Of a stretch of 32,000 nucleotides of DNA, positions 17,288 to 26,418 are shown one piece after another (position 1 is the first letter of the stretch; each line of letters opens with the position of its first letter). The stretch spans positions 2,580,001 to 2,612,000 of the forward strand of contig CP178758.1 in assembly GCA_047651235.1 (NCBI GenBank). Reading direction: 5' to 3'. Both the position numbers and the translations under genes were made by a program. The notes beneath the pieces were generated by a model. It saw only the letters and a program-made list of their open reading frames with translations, did no database searches and was not told where the DNA came from. This DNA is from Candidatus Electrothrix yaqonensis (GTDB lineage: Bacteria; Desulfobacterota; Desulfobulbia; Desulfobulbales; Desulfobulbaceae).

Positions 17288-17498
17288 TAGCAGCTTGTTG
17301 CCACGTATTGTATCTGTTTCCTTTCCAATACCAATAGTTGCCTATTTTTGTTATTTCTTGATAATCTATTCCGTTGCATTTTATCAAAACGACATTTTGC
17401 TCTTGTTTCTCCACATTATAGCAGTCTTGTGCTGTAGCGGGGAGAAGGAATGCTATGAAAGAAAAAGAGACAAGAAAAAACGAGACGTTATTTTTCAT
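17268..17498 (-). CDS. Small secreted cysteine-containing protein (76 aa)
   Basis: Signal peptide MKNNVSFFLVSFSFIAFLLPATA-QD. The mature part of about 53 aa has 4 Cys, is W/Y/N-rich and ends in CGC. No SD seen. First gene of the overlapping three-gene set. Confidence 0.5.
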   Translation of the reverse strand: MKNNVSFFLVSFSFIAFLLPATAQDCYNVEKQEQNVVLIKCNGIDYQEITKIGNYWYWKGNRYNTWQQAANASCGC

Positions 17499-18045
17499 TT
17501 TATTTATATGTAGTTAGGGTTAAATAGGCAAGCCTAGTCAAAATAATGCTGACAGTATGGCTGATATCAGTTCTCATATCAATAAAAGCTACGTCGCGCC
17601 TCTTATCGATATTTATTACTTAATGGTACTGCCTGGAAAATATATTGTCAATATTAAAACCGAAGAAAAATATAAAGCCATGCTATGTCAATACGATATA
17701 TCATAAAAATGATAAGTTTTAAGGGTGAGATGTACAAATACGATCTCCAGATGAAAAGAAAAAATCCAATCATTCTGGGTTTCAGATTGATGGAACGGTC
17801 TGGATTCAGTTATGCGCCCGTGAAATTTTCTGACGATTTTAGGAGTTACGCAGTTGAAAACAAGATGACTATGTTTGGTTAATATCTACAAGGTATTAAA
17901 GAGTTACAGTTTAACTCCGACGGATGCTGAAATTATGGGTAGGCAGCAAATATTATTTTTTTGAATTACGGCGCATAACGTGCTTTATTGGATACAAGGG
18001 TTTCTTTTCCCGGCCCGAACGGCTCAAAAATACAACGGCGGAACC

Positions 18046-19395
18046 ATGAAACGATATTATATCCATACCTGCCTCCTGTGCCTGATACCGGTGATGCTGA
18101 CCGGTTTCTCCGCCCTCTCCGCTGAAAAAAAACAGGACACGCTGTCCACCTATCTTGAACAGGCGCTCGCCAATAATGACACCCTGCTGGCAGCGCGTGC
18201 CGAACTTCGGGCTGCCTCGGAAGAAGTGCGTCAGACCGGGGTGCTGCCGGACCCGAAACTGGAAGTCCAATATTATCTGGAGCCGATTGAGACTAGAACC
18301 GGGCCGCAGCAGGCAGCTTTGGGGATCGGGCAGGGAGTGCCTTGGTTCGGCAAGCTGGCTCTGATGCGCAAAATGGGAAACCATGACGAGGCCATTGCCG
18401 CAGCCAAGGTCGCCGCAGTGGAGCTGGATGTGGCCCGGCAGGTAAAAGAGGCATATATCAAGTATAGCTTTCTCGGTCGGTCACAGCAGATTGTTGCCGA
18501 CAACCTTGAACTGCTGCAGTATCTTGAAGGAGTAGCCCGTGACCGCTATACCGGCGGCAAGGCGACCTATTTCGATGTGCTCAAGGTGCAGGTGGAGCTG
18601 GCTCAAACAGAGGATAAGGCAAAAACGTTGACGGATCAGGCCGTACCGCTGCGTGTCCGGATCAATAACCTTCTGGGTACTGAACCGGAACGCCGATGCC
18701 CTGTACCGGAGCAGCTGCCCACGGTTGTGCTACAGAAAAAGGAGGAGCATATTTATGCTGCTGCGCTGAAAAATGCCCCGCTGCTGACGGCAGCTCAGGA
18801 ACGCATTGCCAAGGCACAAACCGGCAGGGAGCTGGCGGAAAGGGATTTCTTTCCGGATTTCCAGGTATCCTTGAAAACCATTTTTACCGGGTCAGCAGAG
18901 TACGGCGATCCGCCGGACAGCGGTTCAGACCCGATCATTGCCGGAGTAAGTATGAACCTGCCCATCTTTCGTGACCGTCGCCATGCCAAGGTGGCTGAAC
19001 AGAAGGCAGCTGTAAGCGGGGCGCAGGCTATGCTGGCGGAACAGGAACGGGGGATACAAAATAAAATTGAACAGGGCCTGTATGCCTACCGGGATGCGGA
19101 GCGCAGAGTCGCCCTGTATCAGGATGAACTGCTGCCTAAGGTCAGACAGCAGCTGGAGGTGGCAGTCAGCGGATTCCAGAGCGGCAAGAATTCCATCCTG
19201 GAAATGATTGATGCGGAAAAAAGTCTGCTGACCTTTGAGCTGGCTGCAAGCCGTGCCTCGGCGGACAGGTCTCTTGCCGTTGCCGGACTGGAGGCACAGG
19301 CCGGAGTTGTGCTGGCAACCTGGACACAAAAAAAGGATCAGAATAATATAAAAGAAGAAGATGAGAATGAAACTGAAAGCCGTTCTGACAGTTGA
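18046..19395 (+). CDS. TolC-family outer membrane efflux protein (CusC/CzcC-like)
   Basis: The internal ATG at 18046 gives the signal peptide MKRYYIHTCLLCLIPVMLTGFSALSA. This is followed by the typical OEP start (L..YLEQALANNDTLLAARAELRAA) and two coiled-coil/beta repeats. Heads a metal-efflux-type operon. Confidence 0.8.
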   Translation: MKRYYIHTCLLCLIPVMLTGFSALSAEKKQDTLSTYLEQALANNDTLLAARAELRAASEEVRQTGVLPDPKLEVQYYLEPIETRTGPQQAALGIGQGVPWFGKLALMRKMGNHDEAIAAAKVAAVELDVARQVKEAYIKYSFLGRSQQIVADNLELLQYLEGVARDRYTGGKATYFDVLKVQVELAQTEDKAKTLTDQAVPLRVRINNLLGTEPERRCPVPEQLPTVVLQKKEEHIYAAALKNAPLLTAAQERIAKAQTGRELAERDFFPDFQVSLKTIFTGSAEYGDPPDSGSDPIIAGVSMNLPIFRDRRHAKVAEQKAAVSGAQAMLAEQERGIQNKIEQGLYAYRDAERRVALYQDELLPKVRQQLEVAVSGFQSGKNSILEMIDAEKSLLTFELAASRASADRSLAVAGLEAQAGVVLATWTQKKDQNNIKEEDENETESRSDS

Positions 19396-19457
19396 GGACG
19401 GTTGAAAGATGCCTTCGCTGTCAGAAATCACATCAACACGAATAAAAGGAGTTCATC

Positions 19458-19787
19458 ATGCGTATCATTAAACCATTCGGTCTTGCTGTATTTTGTTTTT
19501 TTATGCTGCTGAGTTTTGCCGGAAGTGCCCTGGCAGCACCACAGACAACCTGTCCGGTCATGGGCGGTAAGATCAATAAAGAAATTTATGCGGATTATCA
19601 GGGCCAGCGGGTATATTTTTGCTGCGCAGCCTGTCTGCCTAAATTCAACGAAGATCCTGAAACATACTTGGCCAAAATGCAGGAAATGGGGCAGGAGCCG
19701 GAGGCAGTTCCGGTGGCAGGCGATGACGCGGCTGCGGCCCCGGCCGAACCTGCCAACCATGAAGGTCATGCCGAGCACGCGAACTAA
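19458..19787 (+). CDS. Periplasmic YHS-domain metal-binding protein with His-rich tail
   Basis: Signal peptide, then the YHS pattern TCPVMGGKINKEIYADYQGQRVYFCCAACLPKFNEDPETY. The C-terminus is NHEGHAEHAN. Confidence 0.75.
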   Translation: MRIIKPFGLAVFCFFMLLSFAGSALAAPQTTCPVMGGKINKEIYADYQGQRVYFCCAACLPKFNEDPETYLAKMQEMGQEPEAVPVAGDDAAAAPAEPANHEGHAEHAN

Positions 19788-19805
19788 GACGACGAGGAAA
19801 ACATT

Positions 19806-21896
19806 ATGCGGAATCTGCAGAGTCTGTTTTTTATAGGAGCTTTGTTTCTGCTGCTGTTTGACGCCACGGTGACCTTGTCGGCAGAGACAGCGGATTCCGC
19901 GCATGAGCATGGTCCGGAGACCGTCTGGACCTGCTCCATGCATCCGCAGATCCAGCTCCCGGAACCGGGTCAATGCCCGATCTGCTTCATGGATCTGATC
20001 GAGGTTGAAAAACAGAGCAATGAGGCGCGGCAGAGCCTGCGCCAGATTTCTTTTGACAGCCGGGCAAGAAAATTGGCAGAGATTGAGGTGCAACCGGTCA
20101 TCAGGGGAAGTAAGGATACAGATGCCGCACTTCAGATCTTTGGGCGGATCGATTACGATGAAACCAAGGTCAGCACCATAACTTCCTGGGTGGACGGCCG
20201 GATTGACAAGCTCCTGGTTGATTACACCGGTGCGGCTGTCCGGCACGGACAGGCAGTGGCCGAAGTGTACAGCCCGGATCTGTTCACGGCCCAGGCCGAG
20301 CTGATTCAGGCTGTAAAGGAAGTACAGCGGGTCGGAAAGTCAGACAATACTCTGGTCAAAAAAATGGCTCGCCGGACCCTGGATGCCGCGCGGGAGAAAC
20401 TGCACCTGCTGGGGATCGGCAAGCAGCAGCTGCAGAAGATGGAACAACTGGAACGACCTGCCCAACGCATTACTCTGACCGCTCCGCTGGCTGGCATTGT
20501 TATTGAAAAGCATGTCAACGAAGGCGTGTATGTCAAGACTGGCAATCCGGTGTACACCTTGGCCGATCTGTCAAAGGTCTGGGTGATCCTTGAGGTCTAC
20601 GAGTCAGATCTCAAGGCCGTTGTCATGGGGCAAAAAGTCGGTTTTACAGTTGAGGCCTATCCGGGCACCGAATTTCAGGGCAAGGTGGTCTATATTGATC
20701 CGCTGGTAGATGAAAAGAACCGGACCGTCCGGGTTCGTCTCAATGCGGACAACAGAAAAGGAAAATTGAAGCCGGGCATGTTTGTCCGGGCAGAGCTTGT
20801 TGTCCCGGCAGGCGGGCAGGGTCAGGCACCGCTGCTGATCCCGGCCTCAGCACCGCTGCTCACCGGAAAACGTGCGCTGGTTTATGTTCAGGTGCCGGAT
20901 AAACCGGGAACCTATATCGGACGCGAGGTGGTGCTCGGTTCGCGACGCGGGGAATTTTATGAAGTGAAAAGCGGGCTTGAACAAGGTGAGCTGGTAGTTG
21001 TGCGGGGCAACTTCAAGATTGATTCGGCCATTCAGCTGCAGGCCCGGCCGTCCATGATGAATCCTTATACGGGTGAGGCCGGAGCAGCTGAGACAAAGGG
21101 AAAAGCACTGCCTGAACTGTTTGCCTCCCGGCTGGATCTGCTCAACCGGAGTTTTTTCGAGCTGTCCGGAGAGGTGCATAAGCTGGAGAAGGCCCGATAT
21201 CGTCCGGCTCTGCAGGGGTTCAGTCATGCCTTGACTACCATCACAGAGGACGGGCTGAAGGGGGACGAGAAACTGAGTTGGCAGGAATTCGCCATGCTCC
21301 TGCAGAATGACGTCATCTTACTGCAGGAGGCAGAGGATGATCAGGAGGTGCTGCAAATCTATGCCGAGTTTGCTGAACACTTCCAGCAGGTCAGGGAACG
21401 TTTTGCCCTGCTGGATGTCCCGGCAGCCCAGGCTGCTTCGCCGGAACTGCAGGCCAAGGTGGGAGAGCTGCTCAAGGGCTATCTGATCCTCCAGCAGAAC
21501 TTGGCAGCGGATAATGAACAGGTGGCGCAGGACTCAGTTGCTGCCCTTGTCCCCCTGACTGAAGCCCTCGGAACGGCTCTTCAGCAAACAGGAGCAGGAG
21601 CAAAAGAAGCTGGGGAACTGGCTGCCCGCTTGAAAGAGGGAATAGAGAAACTGGCCGCGACCAAGGGTCTGGAAGCGATCCGGACCGCCTTTTTTCCCTA
21701 CAGCCAAGCCGTGGTGGAGGCCGTGGAGACCTTCGGCAGCAATGACCACACCTCCTGGTATGTCCACTTCTGCCCTATGGCCTTTGATAATACCGGGGCA
21801 ACCTGGCTGGCTCCGTCAGAGGAAATTAATAATCCCTATTTCGGAGCCATGATGCTCCGCTGCGGCGAGGTGCGCAGGCAGCTGACGCAGGAGTGA
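19806..21896 (+). CDS. RND efflux periplasmic adaptor (CusB-like) with an N-terminal heavy-metal-binding domain and a C-terminal DUF3347-like extension
   Basis: 696 aa. HMBD motif WTCSMHPQIQLPEPGQCPICFMDL. HlyD/MFP core (lipoyl, coiled-coil hairpin, beta-barrel; ..VYSPDLFTAQAEL..LTAPLAGIVIEKHVNEGVYV..). The C-terminal part of about 230 aa ends with WYVHFCPMAFDNTGATWLAPSEEINNPYFGAMMLRCGEV, which I recognise as the DUF3347 signature. Confidence 0.8.
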   Translation: MRNLQSLFFIGALFLLLFDATVTLSAETADSAHEHGPETVWTCSMHPQIQLPEPGQCPICFMDLIEVEKQSNEARQSLRQISFDSRARKLAEIEVQPVIRGSKDTDAALQIFGRIDYDETKVSTITSWVDGRIDKLLVDYTGAAVRHGQAVAEVYSPDLFTAQAELIQAVKEVQRVGKSDNTLVKKMARRTLDAAREKLHLLGIGKQQLQKMEQLERPAQRITLTAPLAGIVIEKHVNEGVYVKTGNPVYTLADLSKVWVILEVYESDLKAVVMGQKVGFTVEAYPGTEFQGKVVYIDPLVDEKNRTVRVRLNADNRKGKLKPGMFVRAELVVPAGGQGQAPLLIPASAPLLTGKRALVYVQVPDKPGTYIGREVVLGSRRGEFYEVKSGLEQGELVVVRGNFKIDSAIQLQARPSMMNPYTGEAGAAETKGKALPELFASRLDLLNRSFFELSGEVHKLEKARYRPALQGFSHALTTITEDGLKGDEKLSWQEFAMLLQNDVILLQEAEDDQEVLQIYAEFAEHFQQVRERFALLDVPAAQAASPELQAKVGELLKGYLILQQNLAADNEQVAQDSVAALVPLTEALGTALQQTGAGAKEAGELAARLKEGIEKLAATKGLEAIRTAFFPYSQAVVEAVETFGSNDHTSWYVHFCPMAFDNTGATWLAPSEEINNPYFGAMMLRCGEVRRQLTQE

Positions 21897-21925
21897 GTAT
21901 CCGGAGCCTCGTTATTCGGTGGTGA
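21893..21925 (+). pseudogene. Possible 10-codon stub of the missing RND pump gene (cusA)
   Basis: The GTG overlaps the cusB-like stop as GTGA. It reads VSIRSLVIRW*, loosely like HME-RND N-termini (MI..lI.ws..N). Very short, so tentative. Confidence 0.25.
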
Positions 21926-22043
21926 AGTCAGGGGTGGAAGAAGGTATAGCTCGCGAGGGGATAGAAGGTCAGTAAGTCGGGACTGAAGAATCCCCTTTGC
22001 GTAGGCTGCGCAGAAAGGCGGCCCTGCTTCCCATCCGGGTGAT

Positions 22044-22949
22044 TCAGCACCCTGCAGCGTTACAGGCAAACCGGGCAAGCAGTTCCTCCCGGTACCGCGC
22101 CACAAAGGCATCAATATCCTGCTGCCAGTCCTGCATACAATGTACCCCATGTTTTTTCAGCAGGCTGTTTTCCAGGATGGAATTTGCCGGGCGGCGGGCC
22201 GGAGTAGGGTAGTCCGTCGTGGAGCATGGCTCCAGGGAAAATGCCGCATCCATTGCGGTTAAAAAGTACCTTGCTCCCTCGTACCAAGTACAGTGTTTCT
22301 CTGCCGTGGCGTGGGCAATTCCGGTGAGGTCGGAGGCCAGCAGCCGGTTAATCTGCCGGGCCAGGGTCATGGTCCAGGTCAGGGAGCCGTACTGATCGTT
22401 GACCACCCGGACAGTGCGGGCATGATCGTTTATGGCCAGGCGCAGCATGGTTTTGAGGAAGTTATTGCCGCCCATCCCATACAGCCAGGCCGTGCGCAGA
22501 ATCAAAAAATTATCCAGCCGCTCCGCAACAGCCTGTTCACCGGCTAGCTTGCTCCTGCCGTAGGCAGAGACCGGCGAGACAGTATCCTGCTCGACATACG
22601 GTTTCGGAATCGGTCGGTTGCCGTCAAAAACGTAATCCGTTGAAATATGAATGAGCCTGCACCCGGTTGCAGCACAGGCATCAGCCAGATTGGTCGGGCC
22701 TTGGCAGTTGACGGCCTGACAGGCCTCCTGCTCGGTCTCGCATCTGTCCACTGCCGTGTAGGCGGCGCAGTTGAGGACAACATCAGGCTGCAGTTTTTTT
22801 ATTTCCTGCTGAACCTGTTCTCCTTGGGTGATGTCCAGCTGCTGCGAGGTCCGGCTATGCACGGTGTGCTCGTTCTGCATGACCTGAAGACAGTCCTGGC
22901 CGAGCTGACCGCCTGCACCGGTTATCAAAATGGTCATTGGAGTATTCAT
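22044..22949 (-). CDS. rfbD: dTDP-4-dehydrorhamnose reductase
   Basis: Rossmann start MTILITGAGGQLG, YAAYTAVD, the STDYVF motif and the right length. The true start may be the ATG at 22937. Its start overlaps the rfbA stop (TAATG). Confidence 0.85.
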   Translation of the reverse strand: MNTPMTILITGAGGQLGQDCLQVMQNEHTVHSRTSQQLDITQGEQVQQEIKKLQPDVVLNCAAYTAVDRCETEQEACQAVNCQGPTNLADACAATGCRLIHISTDYVFDGNRPIPKPYVEQDTVSPVSAYGRSKLAGEQAVAERLDNFLILRTAWLYGMGGNNFLKTMLRLAINDHARTVRVVNDQYGSLTWTMTLARQINRLLASDLTGIAHATAEKHCTWYEGARYFLTAMDAAFSLEPCSTTDYPTPARRPANSILENSLLKKHGVHCMQDWQQDIDAFVARYREELLARFACNAAGC

Positions 22950-23839
22950 TATTCTGCGTCTCCGTCAGGCACAGTCTCCTTCAGCATGGTCATCAGATAT
23001 TGACCGTACTGATTTTTCAGCATCGGCTCGGCTGTCCGGGCCACCTGATCAGCCGTGATATAGCCCAGCCCATAGGCGATTTCTTCCACGCAGGCGATCT
23101 TAAGTCCCTGCCGCTCCTGCACTGCCTGCACGTAACTGGATGCCTGCTGCAGCGATTCATGGGTGCCGGTATCCAGCCAGCAGAATCCGCGTCCAAGCAG
23201 CTCCACGCTCAGTTTGCCCTGCTGCAGATAGCAGGTGTTGATATCTGTGATTTCAAGTTCACCCCGTGCCGACGGCCGGATGGAGGCGGCGATATCCACC
23301 ACGCTGTTGTCGTAGAAATACAGTCCCGGTACAGCGTAGCGTGATTTGGGCTGCTTCGGCTTTTCTTCGATATTGATGACCCGTCTGTCCTTATCAAATC
23401 CTACCACGCCGTAGCGCTCCGGGTCTTTGACCAGATAGCCGAAAATGATGCCGCCGTCCGTGAGCCTGCTGCAGCGCTGGACAATACCGGCAAAACCGTG
23501 CCCGAAAAAGATATTGTCCCCTAGGACCAACGAAACTGCATCATTACCAATGAAATCTTTGTCGATGAGAAAGGCCTGGGCCAGACCTTCAGGGCGGGGC
23601 TGTTCCGCATAGGAGATATTGAGACCGAGTTGTTCGCCGCTGCCGAAGAGCTCGGTAAACCGGGGCAGGTCGGTCGGAGTGGAGATGATCAGGATATCCC
23701 GAATTCCGGCCAGCATGAGCACGGACAGCGGGTAATAGATCATGGGTTTATCATAGACCGGGATCAGCTGCTTGCTGATCACCCTGGTCAACGGATACAG
23801 CCGGGTTCCTGAGCCGCCTGCAAGAATGATTCCTTTCAT
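22949..23839 (-). CDS. rfbA: Glucose-1-phosphate thymidylyltransferase
   Basis: The internal ATG at 23837-23839 gives [55 protein letters not shown], the canonical RmlA N-terminus. The 5' extension in the ORF track (to 24016) is not homologous. Confidence 0.9.
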   Translation of the reverse strand: MKGIILAGGSGTRLYPLTRVISKQLIPVYDKPMIYYPLSVLMLAGIRDILIISTPTDLPRFTELFGSGEQLGLNISYAEQPRPEGLAQAFLIDKDFIGNDAVSLVLGDNIFFGHGFAGIVQRCSRLTDGGIIFGYLVKDPERYGVVGFDKDRRVINIEEKPKQPKSRYAVPGLYFYDNSVVDIAASIRPSARGELEITDINTCYLQQGKLSVELLGRGFCWLDTGTHESLQQASSYVQAVQERQGLKIACVEEIAYGLGYITADQVARTAEPMLKNQYGQYLMTMLKETVPDGDAE

Positions 23840-23918
23840 GTAGTTCTCCGAAGCTATCTCAGAATACTTGATTTGACCACATCTTCGACATAATGGAGGT
23901 TCTTTATCATTGCCGCAG

Positions 23919-24161
23919 TCAGCGTTTCCAGCCCGGCCTGTTTGGCCTCGGTGGCCTGCTGGCAGCCTGGGCATCTTCTGATGCCATAGTACCCTCAAGC
24001 TCGATGAGGAAATCAATATCGCTGCTCTCGTTGAAATTCTCCGTGAGCGCGCTGCCGAAAACGCTCAGACGCTTGACGCGGTATTTTTGACAGATGCCGG
24101 TGATCTTCTGCTGATACTTTTCAAGGGTGATCATATAATCGGCCTTCCGGTTGAGAAACAT
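23919..24161 (-). pseudogene. Nucleotidyltransferase (MNT-type antitoxin-like) fragment, 3'-truncated
   Basis: [46 protein letters not shown] carries the G-S-x(n)-D-x-D minimal nucleotidyltransferase motif. After ELEG the reading bears no resemblance to the family and runs into the rfbA upstream region. No HepT partner is present. Confidence 0.45.
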
Positions 24162-24262
24162 TCATCTGTCGGAGCAGTCGGAGTATAATGAATAGGAAGC
24201 AACAGCTATGCCGAAAACAAGTAGAGGCAGGCAAAAATCAGCAGAAGCAGGGCGGTGCACGG

Positions 24263-24676
24263 TTATTTTTTCAGCAGAATTTGGAAACCAGCCTGCTCGA
24301 AATGATGATCTGTTGAAAATACTTCCCTTGCACCCATATCTCTTGCAACGAGGATACTGATGCAGTCAACAAATCCCCAGTCTTTATCCGCCATCTGCTT
24401 GAACTGCTGAAAACCACGTTCAATCAGGGCCTCATCCAGAGCAATGCACAGCCATTTCTCAGAAGCTCTGACAGCCTCAATCATTTTCACCGCAGCCGGT
24501 TTCAGACTGACCGCGCTGAATGCATTGCCGAACTCAAGCAGAACTGCATCTGTTGTCACAAGATTTTGTTGCGATTGCTTCAGCTCAGCTGCTGTGCTTA
24601 CAGCTTGTGCATGAAACGTATCTCTCTTGTTGCCAATGGCAATAAAGGCGGAGGTGTCAACAAAAACAGATTTCAT
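24263..24676 (-). CDS. vapC: PIN-domain ribonuclease toxin (VapC family)
   Basis: 137 aa. Acidic PIN residues sit in the expected places (VFVDTSAF, LLEFGN, GFVDCIS, FSTDHHF). A 4-nt ATGA overlap joins it to the upstream small ORF. Confidence 0.85.
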   Translation of the reverse strand: MKSVFVDTSAFIAIGNKRDTFHAQAVSTAAELKQSQQNLVTTDAVLLEFGNAFSAVSLKPAAVKMIEAVRASEKWLCIALDEALIERGFQQFKQMADKDWGFVDCISILVARDMGAREVFSTDHHFEQAGFQILLKK

Positions 24677-24912
24677 GAACGCTTTGCTGTGCCATAAAGA
24701 TAATGATCATGATTTTCAGCAAAATCTTCAATTCCGGTATCAACTGAGAATTCCTCGAAATCGAGGGTGTCCCAAGGATCTGGCTGTTCCGAAGCCTTCT
24801 TCTCTATTTTGCAGGACACGCCCTCCCGTGCAAAAAGTTCCCGTATTCCTGAGATCAGTCGTGCTGTTCTTTCCGTTGGCAGGATGTCTGATATATTGAT
24901 TGTGAGCTGCAT
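24673..24912 (-). CDS. Putative cognate antitoxin (VapB-like, family not recognised)
   Basis: 79-aa acidic ORF translationally coupled to the PIN gene. No clear RHH/AbrB/Phd motif visible by eye. Confidence 0.55.
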   Translation of the reverse strand: MQLTINISDILPTERTARLISGIRELFAREGVSCKIEKKASEQPDPWDTLDFEEFSVDTGIEDFAENHDHYLYGTAKRS

Positions 24913-25258
24913 GTCATAGATAGCTGTTGTCAGATAAACTTTATTTGAGCAGCATGGCCCTGCCGCTTCCGCAGCATGATAAACAACTACTTTATGTTGC
25001 GGAAAATTTCAAGAGGAAACAGTGCGGTTTTCTCTTTTTCGGGTCAACATGAAGCAGAGGAACGGATGAAATAGGATTCGTTCCTGCAACCCGCCCCGCT
25101 GTGCCCCGTCAATGCGCGGTTTGGGGAATGGATGTGATACCGGCGGGGTCCTTTTTACATTACGATTTCGATTTTACATTTACTTTTTAAAGTTAATATG
25201 TTATATAGCTTTACACTAATCGATATAATATTACTTGTGACTTCGTGGAGGTATTCAA

Positions 25259-26353
25259 ATGGGTACGGCTGAACAAAGAAAGGATTTTTTAGAAGTTTAT
25301 AAGGATTATGTTTCGAATGTATTGCAGCCTACTAAGTGCGAAGTAAAAAACATCCTCAAGAAGTGGAAAAAGAAAGAAACTTGGAATGTAGAGGGTGATG
25401 TATTAGCTTACCCTTCCCCTATTAGTTGGTATGCTACTCGTATTAAAAGGCCGGAGTCGTTAGTTGACAAGATAACTAGTCAGACAGATACCTTCCCGGA
25501 TGGATTGGTTAAATCATCTCTTTGGATAATTAACGATGCTTTTGCTTGTAGAATCATTGTTTTTTGCTTGCAAGATTTAAGGCTGATACATGATATAATT
25601 ATGTCTTCAGATTTTTTTGACATTTCCCAGAAAGACGAGCCTTATGTCTTTGATTTAGATGAAAAGTTCATTGAAGCTTTGGGGCTGCAGAGGCTAAAAA
25701 GAAAAGGGAGAGATACCGGTTATACAGCGATACATTATATAGTTCGATTAAAAGAAAGTTCAGTTCCAATGTCAAAAAGACCTTGGTTTGAAATACAGGT
25801 TAAAACATTAGTTCAACATGCTTGGAGTGAAATTGAGCATTTGATTGGTTATAAACCAATAGGGTCTCTCTCTTCGTTATCAGAAAGCAAAAGGCAGCAG
25901 TTTAAAATTATCAGTTCTCATTTGAATGCAATTGATGAACATTTCAACTTGCTTTTTGAGGACGCCCTATTTAAACAGAAGACTGTTAAATATAATAGTG
26001 AAAGCATAATAACATCAGAGGCTTTACCAAAGATGTTGAGGAGCAAAGGTATAGTTTGTTCGCAGAATAAGATAGAAAAATCTATAAGGATATTTCGCAA
26101 TTATGGGATTTATAAAGTTAAGGATTTTGAAGGCGCTGTGACGATGGACCGGATAGAAATTATTAAAAATATATTTGAAGATATTTTAGGGTGCGCTCCA
26201 ACTTCTGATGATTTGATCGTTAACTTGGCATCCAGCAAAGAAATAGAGGATGATTCTCTTTTGCCTGATTTTATCAAAGTGCAGATAGCTTACAAATCTA
26301 CAAGTGATAAAATGAAAAGCATAAGGTGTGACTGTGATGAAAAGTCGAGCTAA
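25259..26353 (+). CDS. RelA/SpoT-domain (small alarmone synthetase-like nucleotidyltransferase) protein with an uncharacterised C-terminal extension of about 150 aa
   Basis: Synthetase-fold motifs are in order: RIKRPESLVDKI, INDAFACRIIV, GYTAIHYIV, FEIQVKTLVQHAWSEIEHLIGYK. There is no HD hydrolase or TGS/ACT region. SD ggaggt lies 7 nt before the ATG, with a perfect TATAAT at 25224-25229. The gene is visibly AT-rich relative to its flanks. Confidence 0.8.
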   Translation: MGTAEQRKDFLEVYKDYVSNVLQPTKCEVKNILKKWKKKETWNVEGDVLAYPSPISWYATRIKRPESLVDKITSQTDTFPDGLVKSSLWIINDAFACRIIVFCLQDLRLIHDIIMSSDFFDISQKDEPYVFDLDEKFIEALGLQRLKRKGRDTGYTAIHYIVRLKESSVPMSKRPWFEIQVKTLVQHAWSEIEHLIGYKPIGSLSSLSESKRQQFKIISSHLNAIDEHFNLLFEDALFKQKTVKYNSESIITSEALPKMLRSKGIVCSQNKIEKSIRIFRNYGIYKVKDFEGAVTMDRIEIIKNIFEDILGCAPTSDDLIVNLASSKEIEDDSLLPDFIKVQIAYKSTSDKMKSIRCDCDEKSS

Positions 26354-26381
26354 AAAGTAGTTCAAATTTGATCTGACAGAT

Positions 26382-26418
26382 ACCGGGTGCGTGCTTGGCG
26401 CGTTGTCCGGTTTTTTAT
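26382..26418 (+). terminator. Putative rho-independent terminator after the RelA/SpoT-domain gene
   Basis: Imperfect GC-rich hairpin accgggtgcg...cgcgttgtccggt followed by tttttt (26411-26416). Confidence 0.4.

Noticed and set aside
17685-17882. 65-aa plus-strand ORF in the AT-rich spacer before the TolC-like gene
   Set aside because: There is no SD and no recognisable motif. It lies in AT-rich DNA, where random ORFs of this size are rarer but still plausible. The support is insufficient to call a gene.
15613-17990. Shared 9-mer tgctttatt near both edges of the AT-rich cassette as possible att/target duplication
   Set aside because: The left copy (15613-15621) lies inside the coding region of the 355-aa gene, not at the compositional boundary. 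A short AT-rich match found post hoc is not convincing.
19428-20246. 272-aa minus-strand ORF opposite the YHS and cusB-like genes
   Set aside because: It is antisense to two genes with clear signal peptides and metal-binding motifs. No motifs of its own.
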